Source: a virus (taxonomy: Duplodnaviria > Caudoviricetes). From it: DNA of 64,000 bases. The notes below the pieces were generated by a model. That model made no database searches. It was not told the DNA's origin and saw only the letters and a program-made list of their open reading frames with translations. The translations under genes and the position numbers were made by a program. Where the stretch lies: positions 25,885-89,884 of IMG/VR virus record IMGVR_UViG_642555159_000003. One strand, given 5' to 3'. Shown here one piece after another: positions 55,251-64,000 of the stretch. The number at the start of each line of letters is the position of its first letter. The stretch's first letter is position 1.

Positions 55251-55988
55251 ATGAAAGAACAGGATATTCTGGCGCACGCCCGACGGTGTGCGCCTGCGGA
55301 GTCGTGCGGCTTCGTGGTGAGAACACAGGCGGGAGAACGGTATCTCCCCTGTGTGAATATTTCTGCCGCGCCGGAGGATTATTTCCGTATGGCGCCGGAG
55401 GACTGGCTGAGGGCTGAAACGCAGGGGGATATTGTGACGCTGGTTCACAGCCATCCTGGCGGCCAGCCGTATCTGAGCGATGTGGACCGCAGGCTGCAGG
55501 TTCAAAGCGACCTGCCGTGGTGGCTGGTATGCGCCGGCCAGGTACATAAATTCCGCTGTGTGCCACACCTGACCGGACGGCATTTTAAACATGGGGTTTT
55601 TGACTGTTACACGCTGTTCCGTGATGCCTATCATCTGGCGGGGATTGATATGCCGGATTTTCACCGGGACGACGACTGGTGGCGGCATGGTGACAATCTC
55701 TATCTGGATAATCTGGAGACGACGGGGTTTTACCGTGTCAGCGCAGCCAGTGCGCAGCCCGGCGACGTGTTGATTTGCTGCTTTGGCTCCTCCGTTCCGA
55801 ACCACGCAGCGATTTACTGCGGCGACGGAGAGCTGCTGCACCATATTCCTGAACAACTGAGTAAACGTGAGAGGTATACCGACAAATGGCAACGACGCAC
55901 GCACTCCATCTGGCGACACCGGGCATGGCGCGCATCTGCCTTTACGGGGATCTGCAACGATTTTGCCGCCGCGTCAGCCTGCAGGTAG
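55251..55988 (+). CDS. Tail assembly protein K
   Basis: ESCG, HSHPGG..LS..D, DCYTLFRDAYH. Confidence 0.92.
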   Translation: MKEQDILAHARRCAPAESCGFVVRTQAGERYLPCVNISAAPEDYFRMAPEDWLRAETQGDIVTLVHSHPGGQPYLSDVDRRLQVQSDLPWWLVCAGQVHKFRCVPHLTGRHFKHGVFDCYTLFRDAYHLAGIDMPDFHRDDDWWRHGDNLYLDNLETTGFYRVSAASAQPGDVLICCFGSSVPNHAAIYCGDGELLHHIPEQLSKRERYTDKWQRRTHSIWRHRAWRASAFTGICNDFAAASACR

Positions 55989-56533
55989 CCAGTGGTGCTG
56001 AAGCTGTCCGGGCACTGGCGGTACAGTTGCCCGGTCTCCGGCAGAAACTGAACGACGGCTGGTATCAGGTACGCATAGCCGGAGACGATGTTACGGCTGA
56101 TACCCTGACAACCAGCCTGCATGACCCGCTGCCGCCTGGCGCGGTGATTCATATTGTGCCGCGTCTGGCCGGGGCCAAATCTGGCGGGGTGTTTCAGGCG
56201 GTGCTTGGTGCGGCGCTGATTGCCGTTGCCTGGTGGAACCCGGCAGGCTGGCTGGGAGCGGCGGCGGTATCCGGTATGTATATGACCGGGGCGTCGATGG
56301 TTCTGGGCGGTGTGGCGCAGATGCTGGCACCAAAACCTAAAATGTCCGAAATGAGGCAGACCGATAACGGCAGGCAGAACACGTATTTCTCGTCGCTGGA
56401 TAATATGGTTGCCAACGGTAACACGTTGCCGGTGCTGTACGGCGAGATGCAGGTGGGGTCACGCGTGATTTCCCAGGAAGTCAGTACCGCTGATGAAGGA
56501 GATGGTGGTCAGGTTGTGGTGATTGGCCGCTGA
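55886..56533 (+). CDS. Tail assembly protein I
   Basis: ICLYGDLQRF, LPVLYGEMQVGSRVIS. Confidence 0.9.
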   Translation: MATTHALHLATPGMARICLYGDLQRFCRRVSLQVASGAEAVRALAVQLPGLRQKLNDGWYQVRIAGDDVTADTLTTSLHDPLPPGAVIHIVPRLAGAKSGGVFQAVLGAALIAVAWWNPAGWLGAAAVSGMYMTGASMVLGGVAQMLAPKPKMSEMRQTDNGRQNTYFSSLDNMVANGNTLPVLYGEMQVGSRVISQEVSTADEGDGGQVVVIGR

Positions 56534-56594
56534 CAACAGAACAGATTCAGACAGAACCGCCTCCGGGCGGTTTTGTCGTTTTACGGGGTAATAA

Positions 56595-59500
56595 ATGGGA
56601 AAGGGCGGCGGAAAAGGGCATACGCCCCGCGAGGCACCGGATAACCTTAAATCCACGCAGCTGCTGAGCGTCATCGATGCCATCAGCGAGGGACCGATAG
56701 AAGGCCCGGTGAACGGTCTGCAAAGTGTTCTGGTAAACCAGACGCCGGTGGTGGACCGCGACGGTAACACGAATATCCACGGCGTGAAGGTGGTATACCG
56801 CGTCGGTGAGCAGGAACAGACCCCGCTGGAGGGATTTGAATCGTCCGGCGCCGAGACGGTGCTTGGTGTACAGGTCAAATACGACAATCCGGTGACCAAA
56901 ACCATCACGGCTGCAAATATTGACCGCCTGCGTTTTACGTTCGGCGTGCAGTCACTGGTGGAGGCCAACAGCAAGGGCGACCGCAATCCGACATCGGTCA
57001 GGCTGCAAATCCATCTTGAGCGCTATGGTCAGTGGGTGGTGGAAAAAGAAATTACGATTACCGGGAAAACAACCACACAGTATCTGGCCTCGGTGATAGT
57101 GGATAATCTCCCTCCCCGGCCATTCGGTATCCGGATGGTACGTGTGACGGCAGACAGTACCACTGACCAGTTACAGAACAACACGGTCTGGTCGTCGTAT
57201 ACCGAGATTATTGATGTCCGGCAGCGCTATCCCAACACCGCCGTAATTGGCCTGCAGGTGGCGTCTGAGCAGTTCGGCAGCCAGCAGGTGACGCGAAATT
57301 ACCATTTTTTCGGGCGGATTATTCAGGTGCCGTCGAATTATGATCCGGTAGCGCGAACCTACAGCGGCATCTGGGACGGCACGTTCAAGCCTGCATACAG
57401 CAATAATCCGGCGTGGTGTCTCTGGGATATGCTGACTCATCCCCGTTATGGCATGGGACAGCGAATCGGCGCGGCGGACGTGGACAGGTGGGCGCTGTAT
57501 GCAATAGGCCAGTACTGCGACCAGATGGTCCCTGACGGATTCGGCGGGACAGAGCCGCGTATGACCTTTAATGCGTATCTGGCACAGCAGCGTAAGGCGT
57601 GGGATGTGCTGACCGACTTCTGCTCCGCCATGCGTTGTATGCCGGTGTGGAACGGGCAGAGGCTGACCTTCGTGCAGGACAGGCCCTCGGATACAGTCTG
57701 GACCTATACCCGCAGCAATGTGGTAATGCCGGATGAGGGTACACCGTTCCGTTACAGCTTCAGTACGCGGAAGGACCGCCATAATGCGGTAGAGGTGAAC
57801 TGGATCGACCCTGATAATGGCTGGCAGACATCCACGGAACTGGTGGAAGACACGGTCGCCATCAGTCACTACGGACGCAATCTGGTAAAAATGGATGCGT
57901 TTGGCTGTACCAGTCGCGGGCAGGCACACCGCGCCGGGCTGTGGCTGATAAAAACGGAGCTGCTGGAAACTCAGACGGTTGATTTTAGTGTGGGGGCGGA
58001 GGGGCTGCGCCACGTTCCCGGTGATGTGATTGAGGTTTGCGACGAGGATTATGCCGGCATCAGCCTGGGCGGGCGGATTCTGTCCGTTGACCGCGCCCGC
58101 CGCATTCTGACCCTTGACAGGGAGATTACCCTGCCGTCGTCCGGCACCACGCTGATAAGCCTGGTGGATGGCGAAGGCTTGCCGGTCAGCGTGGACGTGC
58201 AGTCTGTTACCGACGGTGTGCAGGTTCAGGTCAGCCGGATACCGGACGGCGTGGCGGAATACAGCGTCTGGGGGCTGAAACTGCCGTCGCTGCGCCAGCG
58301 TCTCTTCCGGTGTGTGGCTGTCCGGGAAAACGACGACGGAACGTATGCCATCACCGCCGTACAGCATGTGCCGGAAAAAGAGTCCATCGTGGACAACGGG
58401 GCATCATTCGATCCGCAACCCGGAACGATTCACGGCACCGTTCCCCCGGCGATACAACATCTGACCACAGAAATTCTGGCGGAGGAGGGACAGTATCAGG
58501 TACTGGCGCGCTGGGACACACCGCGAGTCGTTAAGGGCGTCTCGTTTTCTTTGCGCCTGAACGTGGCGGCGGAAGATGGCAGTGACCGGCTGGTAAGCAG
58601 CGCAGGAACGCCGGATACGCAGTACCGGTTCCGGGGGCTGACGCCGGGGCGCTATACCCTGTCCGTCAGGGCGGTGAACAGCCAGGGACAACAGGGATAC
58701 CCGGCCAGCATACAGTTCAGCATCTCCGCGCCGGCGGCACCATCATTTATCGAACTCACCCCTGGCTATTTCCAGATTACAGCCACACCGCGTCAGGCGG
58801 TATACGACCCGACGGTGCAGTATGAGTTCTGGTTTTCAGACGCGCAGATTACGGATATCCATCAGGTGGAAAACGCCGCACGATATCTGGGAACGGCGCT
58901 GTACTGGATAGCGGCCAGTGTGAATATCAGGCCCGGCAGGGATTACTATTTTTATATCCGGGCGGTAAATCAGGTCGGTAAATCCGCATTCGTGGAGGCG
59001 ACCGGGCAGGCCAGCAACGATGCCGCAGGCTATCTGGATTTTTTCAAAGGGCAGATAACTGAAAGTCACCTGGGTAAGGAACTGCTGGAGAAGGTGGAAC
59101 TGACGGAGGATAACGCCAGCAAACTGCAGCAGTTTTCGAAGGAGTGGCAGGATGCTAACGATAAATGGAACGCCATGTGGGGCGTCAAAATAGAGCAGAC
59201 CAAAGACGGCAAATATTATGTGGCCGGACTTGGACTGAGCATGGAAGACACGCCTGACGGGAAGATAAGCCAGTTCCTGGTGGCGGCGGATCGCATTGCT
59301 TATATTAACCCGGCAAACGGAAACGAGACGCCCGGATTCGTCATGCAGGGCGACCAGATAATCATGAATGAGGCGTTCCTGAAATATCTGAGCGCGCCGA
59401 CCATTACCAGTGGCGGGAATCCTCCAGCATTTTCCCTGACGCCGGATGGAAAGCTGACTGCGAAAAATGCGGATATCAGCGGGCATATCAACGCTGTATC

Positions 59501-59957
59501 TGGCTCGTTTACGGGAGAAATCAATGCCACCTCCGGTAAGTTTTCTGGCGTGATAGAAGCAAGAGAGTTTGTCGGTGATATCTGCGGCTCAAAAGTCATG
59601 CAGGGCGTGAACATCAGGGCGACGAACGACGAACGCAGCACCTCAACACGGTATACCGACAGCGCCACCTATCAGATAGGGAAAACCATCACGGTGATGG
59701 CTAACTGTGAGCGTAACGGTGGCACCGGTGCCATCACCGTCACGATAAATATTAACGGCCAGGTGAAAACGGCGGAGGTTATCCCGTATACCGCAGGGCT
59801 TCCGGCCATGTATCAGACCGTTGTCTTTTCGGTCTACACCACTTCACCTGTCGTGGATATCAGCGTTTCTCTGAGGGTTCGTGGGCAGTACACCACGTCT
59901 GCTTCCGTCTGGCCGCTGGTGATGGTTTCCCGGTCGGGGAGTAACTTCACAAACTGA
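56595..59957 (+). CDS. Central tail fibre/host specificity protein J
   Basis: [38 protein letters not shown]. Confidence 0.96.
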   Translation: MGKGGGKGHTPREAPDNLKSTQLLSVIDAISEGPIEGPVNGLQSVLVNQTPVVDRDGNTNIHGVKVVYRVGEQEQTPLEGFESSGAETVLGVQVKYDNPVTKTITAANIDRLRFTFGVQSLVEANSKGDRNPTSVRLQIHLERYGQWVVEKEITITGKTTTQYLASVIVDNLPPRPFGIRMVRVTADSTTDQLQNNTVWSSYTEIIDVRQRYPNTAVIGLQVASEQFGSQQVTRNYHFFGRIIQVPSNYDPVARTYSGIWDGTFKPAYSNNPAWCLWDMLTHPRYGMGQRIGAADVDRWALYAIGQYCDQMVPDGFGGTEPRMTFNAYLAQQRKAWDVLTDFCSAMRCMPVWNGQRLTFVQDRPSDTVWTYTRSNVVMPDEGTPFRYSFSTRKDRHNAVEVNWIDPDNGWQTSTELVEDTVAISHYGRNLVKMDAFGCTSRGQAHRAGLWLIKTELLETQTVDFSVGAEGLRHVPGDVIEVCDEDYAGISLGGRILSVDRARRILTLDREITLPSSGTTLISLVDGEGLPVSVDVQSVTDGVQVQVSRIPDGVAEYSVWGLKLPSLRQRLFRCVAVRENDDGTYAITAVQHVPEKESIVDNGASFDPQPGTIHGTVPPAIQHLTTEILAEEGQYQVLARWDTPRVVKGVSFSLRLNVAAEDGSDRLVSSAGTPDTQYRFRGLTPGRYTLSVRAVNSQGQQGYPASIQFSISAPAAPSFIELTPGYFQITATPRQAVYDPTVQYEFWFSDAQITDIHQVENAARYLGTALYWIAASVNIRPGRDYYFYIRAVNQVGKSAFVEATGQASNDAAGYLDFFKGQITESHLGKELLEKVELTEDNASKLQQFSKEWQDANDKWNAMWGVKIEQTKDGKYYVAGLGLSMEDTPDGKISQFLVAADRIAYINPANGNETPGFVMQGDQIIMNEAFLKYLSAPTITSGGNPPAFSLTPDGKLTAKNADISGHINAVSGSFTGEINATSGKFSGVIEAREFVGDICGSKVMQGVNIRATNDERSTSTRYTDSATYQIGKTITVMANCERNGGTGAITVTININGQVKTAEVIPYTAGLPAMYQTVVFSVYTTSPVVDISVSLRVRGQYTTSASVWPLVMVSRSGSNFTN

Positions 59958-59995
59958 CCGGATTTTCGGTCCCTTTCGTTTAACGAGGAACAGAT

Positions 59996-60238
59996 ATGAC
60001 TATGTCGCGCGTAATTTCTCTGGCGGCAGGGCTTTCCCTGTCCGTTTTATTTTCCACTGCTGCCGTTGCCGATAACGGAAGAGGAAGCGGCAACAGCAAT
60101 ATTGAAAACCAGACCCGGATTTATACCGGCACCGACCGTGGGCAGAAACAGCACCGCGAGGCAAAGGGAAAAACAATCACGCGGAGCGTCCAGTGTTCTC
60201 TGCCGGCATATTTACGTGACCCGGATAATCAGTGCTGA
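59996..60238 (+). CDS. Small exported protein between J and stf
   Basis: Signal peptide ending AVA-D; two C-terminal Cys; followed by terminator GCCTGC-CTGC-GGGCGGGC+T. Confidence 0.75.
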   Translation: MTMSRVISLAAGLSLSVLFSTAAVADNGRGSGNSNIENQTRIYTGTDRGQKQHREAKGKTITRSVQCSLPAYLRDPDNQC

Positions 60239-60291
60239 GATGTGAATGAATCTGAAGCCTGCCTGCGGGCGGGCTTTTTTATGGAGGTAAT

Positions 60292-62970
60292 ATGCCAGTA
60301 CTTATTTCCGGCGTACTGAAAGATGCCACGGGAACGCCGGTACAGAACTGCACCATTCAGCTGAAGGCCTGCCGGACCAGTACGACGGTGGTCGTGAATA
60401 CGGTGGCATCGGAAAATCCGGATGACGCCGGGCGCTACAGCATGGATGTGGAGCAGGGGCAGTACACTGTCACGCTCCTGGTGGAAGGGTATCCCCCGTC
60501 ACATGCCGGAGTTATTACGGTTTACGATGATTCAAAGCCGGGCACCCTGAATGATTTTCTGGGGGCCATGACGGAAGACGACGTCCGCCCGGAGGCGCTG
60601 CGGCGTTTTGAGGCGATGGTGGAAGAAGTTGCCCGCCAGGCATCGGAGGCATCGCGGAATGCCACCTCCGCAGGGCAGGCATCTGAACAGGCGCAGACAT
60701 CAGCAGGTCAGGCAGCGGAAAGCGCCACGGCAGCAGTGAATGCAGCCGGAGCGGCAGAAGCATCAGCCACACAGGCAGCCTCATCCGCAGCATCTGCGGA
60801 GAGCAGCGCAGGTACGGCGACCACAAAAGCCGGGGAGGCATCAGCCAGCGCGGCGTCGGCTGACACAGCCAGAACGGCAGCAGCCGCATCGGCAGCCGCA
60901 GCGAAAACATCTGAAGCGAATGCAGATGCCTCCCGTACTGCCGCCGGCGATTCAGCTGCTGCCGCAGCCGCCAGCGCGACGGCGGCGCAGACATCAGCAG
61001 CGCGCGCCGGAGCATCCGAAACCGCCGCGAAGATGTCAGAAACGCAGGCGGCCTCCAGTGCCGGTGATGCAGGTGCGTCAGCCACTGCGGCGGCAGCGTC
61101 GGAAAAGGCGGCAGCCGCATCGGCAGCCGCAGCAAAAATATCTGAGACAAACGCAGCAACGTCAGCAAGTACAGCAGCAGCCAGCGCAACAGCCGCCTCG
61201 TCATCAGCATCGGAGGCATCCAATCACGCCGCCGCATCTGATACCAGCGCATCACTGGCGGCGCAAAGCAGTACTGCTGCCGGAGCAGCAGCCACCAGAG
61301 CAGAAGATGCCGCAAAACGGGCAGAAGACATCGCGGACGTGATTTCCCTGGAAGATGCCAGCCTGACGAAAAAAGGTATCGTTAAGTTAAGCAGTGCCAC
61401 GGACAGTGACAGCGAAGCGCTGGCAGCCACACCAAAGGCGGTAAAAACCGTTATGGGTGAGGTGCAGACCAAAGCGCCGCTGGACAGCCCGGCATTCACT
61501 GGAACGCCGACCACACCGACGCCGCCAGACGATGCTAAAGGGCTTCAGACAGCAAACGCGGAGTTTGTCCGCAAACTGATTGCCGCGCTGGTTGGTTCCG
61601 TACCGGAGTCACTGGACACCCTGCAGGAACTGGCGGACGCGCTGGGTAACGATCCGAGCTTTGCCACCACTGTACTGAATAAACTGGCGGGCAAGCAGCC
61701 GCTGGACGATACACTGACGGCGCTGTCAGGAAAAAGCGTTGACGGTCTTATCGAATACGTTGGTTTACGGGAAACCATAAATCACGCCGCCGATGCATTA
61801 CTAAAATCGCAGAACGGCGGAGATATTCAGGACAAAAAACAATTTGCGAGAACTATCGGCGCTGTGACTTCAACTACAATTTCACTTGGTGAATCAGGCT
61901 GGTTCAAAATCGCCACGGTTGTAATGCCGCAGGCTACATCAACAGCGGTGATTAAACTGTACGGTGGGGCGGGGTTTAACGCTGGTTCACCTGAACAGGC
62001 GGCAATCAGCGAACTGGTATTGCGTGCCAGTAATGGTTCACCTGTTGGAATAACTGCCACGTTGTGGAGACGCTCGCCTGCTGCGGCTAACGAGGTCGCA
62101 TGGGTTAATACATCAGGCGACACCTACGATATTTATATTAATATCGGCCAGTATGCGTACTGGTTAATTGCGCAATATGATTACACCGGTAATGCAAATG
62201 TCACGCTGCACAGTACACCTGAATATTCATCAGTCCAGCCGGGGGACTCAACCAGCGGTCAGACATATACACTGTTTAATAGCCTGATGAAACCCACTCC
62301 CGAAGATGTCGGAGCGCTGTCAGTTAATGGAGGAAGGCTAAACGGCCCGTTAGGCATTGGTACTGACAATGCGCTTGGTGGTAATTCGATTGTGTTCGGC
62401 GATAACGACACAGGAATTAAACAGAACGGTGACGGGATACTGGATACGTTTGCGAATAGCCAGCACACCGTTCGTGTCGCTCCCGGTGAAATGCAGGTTC
62501 TGGGAGCCATTCGCGCAGGCAATGCCAAACGAATGACCATGACTAGCTCAAATAACTCCGTGCTGAATGCTCAATTTCATTTGTGGGGTGACGGAAATCG
62601 ACCAACGGTTATTGAGCTGGATGACGACCAGGGATGGCATTTATACAGCCAGCGTAATACCGATGGCAGTATTCAGTTTGTTGTTAATGGACAAGTTATT
62701 CCGGATAATTACGGTAATTTCGACGCCCGTTATTTAACATCAGGAAACGTATATACAAAAGGCGAATCAGATAATCGTTATGTCCAAAATATCCAGCGTG
62801 GCGCCCCAGTATGGCCGGGCAAAGTAGATGAATATGGACCTGCAGAAGCGCCTGCTGGTTGCTTTTTAACACAAGCCAGACATGACCCAACAACAGCATA
62901 CGGTGTGACATTTGCGTATCGACCGTTGCAAATGTGGGTGGGTAATGGCTGGCGTACAATTAATGGATGA
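60292..62970 (+). CDS. Side tail fibre (Stf-like)
   Basis: Lambda stf N-terminus (ISGVLKD...GRYSMDVE.GQY), Ala/Ser repeats, EDASLTKKGIVKLSSAT repeat. Confidence 0.92.
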   Translation: MPVLISGVLKDATGTPVQNCTIQLKACRTSTTVVVNTVASENPDDAGRYSMDVEQGQYTVTLLVEGYPPSHAGVITVYDDSKPGTLNDFLGAMTEDDVRPEALRRFEAMVEEVARQASEASRNATSAGQASEQAQTSAGQAAESATAAVNAAGAAEASATQAASSAASAESSAGTATTKAGEASASAASADTARTAAAASAAAAKTSEANADASRTAAGDSAAAAAASATAAQTSAARAGASETAAKMSETQAASSAGDAGASATAAAASEKAAAASAAAAKISETNAATSASTAAASATAASSSASEASNHAAASDTSASLAAQSSTAAGAAATRAEDAAKRAEDIADVISLEDASLTKKGIVKLSSATDSDSEALAATPKAVKTVMGEVQTKAPLDSPAFTGTPTTPTPPDDAKGLQTANAEFVRKLIAALVGSVPESLDTLQELADALGNDPSFATTVLNKLAGKQPLDDTLTALSGKSVDGLIEYVGLRETINHAADALLKSQNGGDIQDKKQFARTIGAVTSTTISLGESGWFKIATVVMPQATSTAVIKLYGGAGFNAGSPEQAAISELVLRASNGSPVGITATLWRRSPAAANEVAWVNTSGDTYDIYINIGQYAYWLIAQYDYTGNANVTLHSTPEYSSVQPGDSTSGQTYTLFNSLMKPTPEDVGALSVNGGRLNGPLGIGTDNALGGNSIVFGDNDTGIKQNGDGILDTFANSQHTVRVAPGEMQVLGAIRAGNAKRMTMTSSNNSVLNAQFHLWGDGNRPTVIELDDDQGWHLYSQRNTDGSIQFVVNGQVIPDNYGNFDARYLTSGNVYTKGESDNRYVQNIQRGAPVWPGKVDEYGPAEAPAGCFLTQARHDPTTAYGVTFAYRPLQMWVGNGWRTING

Positions 62971-62984
62971 TTAAGGAAACTATA

Positions 62985-63503
62985 ATGGAATTAAAAAACG
63001 TAACCAGATACACTCCTGATGACCCGGATTATGATAACAACTTTCTGTATTTTCGTAGTGAAGATGGTCAGGATTTTTATGAGTCGCTGAGTAAATTCAC
63101 GAAAAAATATAAGTTGTGTATTGACTCCGAAAATATAATCCGTTCCGTATCAGAAGATGTCTCTCGTCTTTATCCGGCTGGTTTTTCAGTTGTTGAGGTT
63201 AACAAGTTACCTGCAGGATTTAATATCTATGGCGACTGGAAATATTCGAACGGCGCTGTTGTCGCTGTTCCCGTTGATTATCATGCAAAAGCCGAAACCA
63301 CACGTCAGAAGCTACTTACCGATGCTAACAGCACCATTGTCGACTGGCGAACCGAACTGGCGTTGGGGGATATCAGCGACGATGATAGGGCAAGCCTGAC
63401 TAAATGGATGGTCTATATCAGGGCGCTGAAAATGCTGGATTTGAGCGATGTGAAAGATGAGGCCACCTTCACAGCAATCAGGTGGCCTGCATTACCACAG
63501 TAA
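62985..63503 (+). CDS. Tail fibre assembly protein (Tfa)
   Basis: FRSEDGQDFYE...W..YIRALKMLD...IRWP. Confidence 0.9.
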   Translation: MELKNVTRYTPDDPDYDNNFLYFRSEDGQDFYESLSKFTKKYKLCIDSENIIRSVSEDVSRLYPAGFSVVEVNKLPAGFNIYGDWKYSNGAVVAVPVDYHAKAETTRQKLLTDANSTIVDWRTELALGDISDDDRASLTKWMVYIRALKMLDLSDVKDEATFTAIRWPALPQ

Positions 63504-63689
63504 TAACTACTGGCTGGTTTCTCAGGAGGCATGGGCCAGTAAGTCAGTAATATGACGTTGTGAAAAAACAGGCTGGCGTTAATAAAATACACCAGCCTGA
63601 AGTAATATTCAGTTCAGGAGGAACTGATGAAGCATAATAACCAGATATACCATCAGTACTGATATGGTTGTTACAGCCTTCTGTAAAAA

Positions 63690-63915
63690 TTAACAACCAC
63701 AAATCTGACACCACTCCGGTGGTTTTTCTATATCTGGTGGCCAGTTGTCACACCAGGGGGGACGAATAAATGGGGCGGGTATTGGCGGCAGTCTACTGGA
63801 GGCGGATTTTGTATTATCTGGTGGGGGGGGTTGTATCACTAGCGGCCATCGCCGATGCCGAAAAGGCTGTAGCCGACAACACCAGAAGCAATGGGGAAAA
63901 TATACGATGTCTCAT
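63690..63915 (-). pseudogene. pagK: PagK/PagJ-family small secreted protein, +1 frameshift in C8 tract
   Basis: MRHRIFSPLLLVLSATAFSASAMAASDTTP then stop; removing one C gives ...PPDNTK...RPPWCDNWPPDIEKPPEWCQICGC* (74 aa). Confidence 0.8.
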
Positions 63916-64000
63916 AATATCACCCGTGAATATTCAGACTATCCTTACTGTTGACTTCCTTCATTTCCAGCATAGTTCATACTTCATTGTCATTGAATAA

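Larger units (their letters stand above)
24408..64000 (+). mobile_element. Element 2: PICI/P4-satellite-like early region fused to complete Gifsy/Fels-type lambdoid late region (right end outside window)
   Basis: int-alpA-icd-DUF927-ssb followed without a visible att or repressor by Q-lysis-cos-ter-head-tail-stf-tfa. Confidence 0.8.

Noticed and set aside
60640-61330. Repeat array in stf as CRISPR, DGR or VNTR
   Set aside because: Imperfect in-frame Ala/Ser codon repeats typical of lambda-type side fibres; no spacers, and no reverse transcriptase in the window.

Overview
The window is entirely mobile DNA from an enterobacterium, most likely Salmonella (PagK-family gene, Gifsy/Fels-like late genes). 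It holds two tandem elements that share one att sequence, the 45-bp 3' half of tRNA-Arg(UCU) (argU-type) at 24408-24452. Element 1 (1-24452) is the right half of a siphovirus prophage: head, neck, Ig-domain tail tube, tape measure, lambda-like M/L/K/I/J tail tip and a fibre with an S74 chaperone domain. A ~7 kb regulatory/moron island interrupts its tail operon. That island has four antirepressor-type genes, a P22 immI-like mnt/arc/sar/ant module, a P1 c4-like antisense switch with visible a1b1/a2b2 targets, a Zn-finger + membrane protein pair and lipoproteins. Element 2 (24408 to beyond 64000) is the most unusual part. Its early region is a PICI/P4-satellite-type chassis: P4-family integrase, iteron array, AlpA, Rha, an RHH regulator with operator repeats, Icd-like protein, CHC2 Zn finger, DUF927 helicase and SSB. 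No cI/cro, N, O/P or recombination genes are recognisable in it. It runs directly into a complete Gifsy/Fels-type lambdoid late region: Q, pR', holin/endolysin/spanins, cos, terminase, portal, ClpP-capsid fusion, full tail, stf/tfa. The Q-holin leader carries three covarying four-way-junction RNA repeats and a degenerate tRNA-Arg. The window ends in a PagK-family gene frameshifted in a homopolymer tract. All family assignments come from motif recognition by eye, not database searches.
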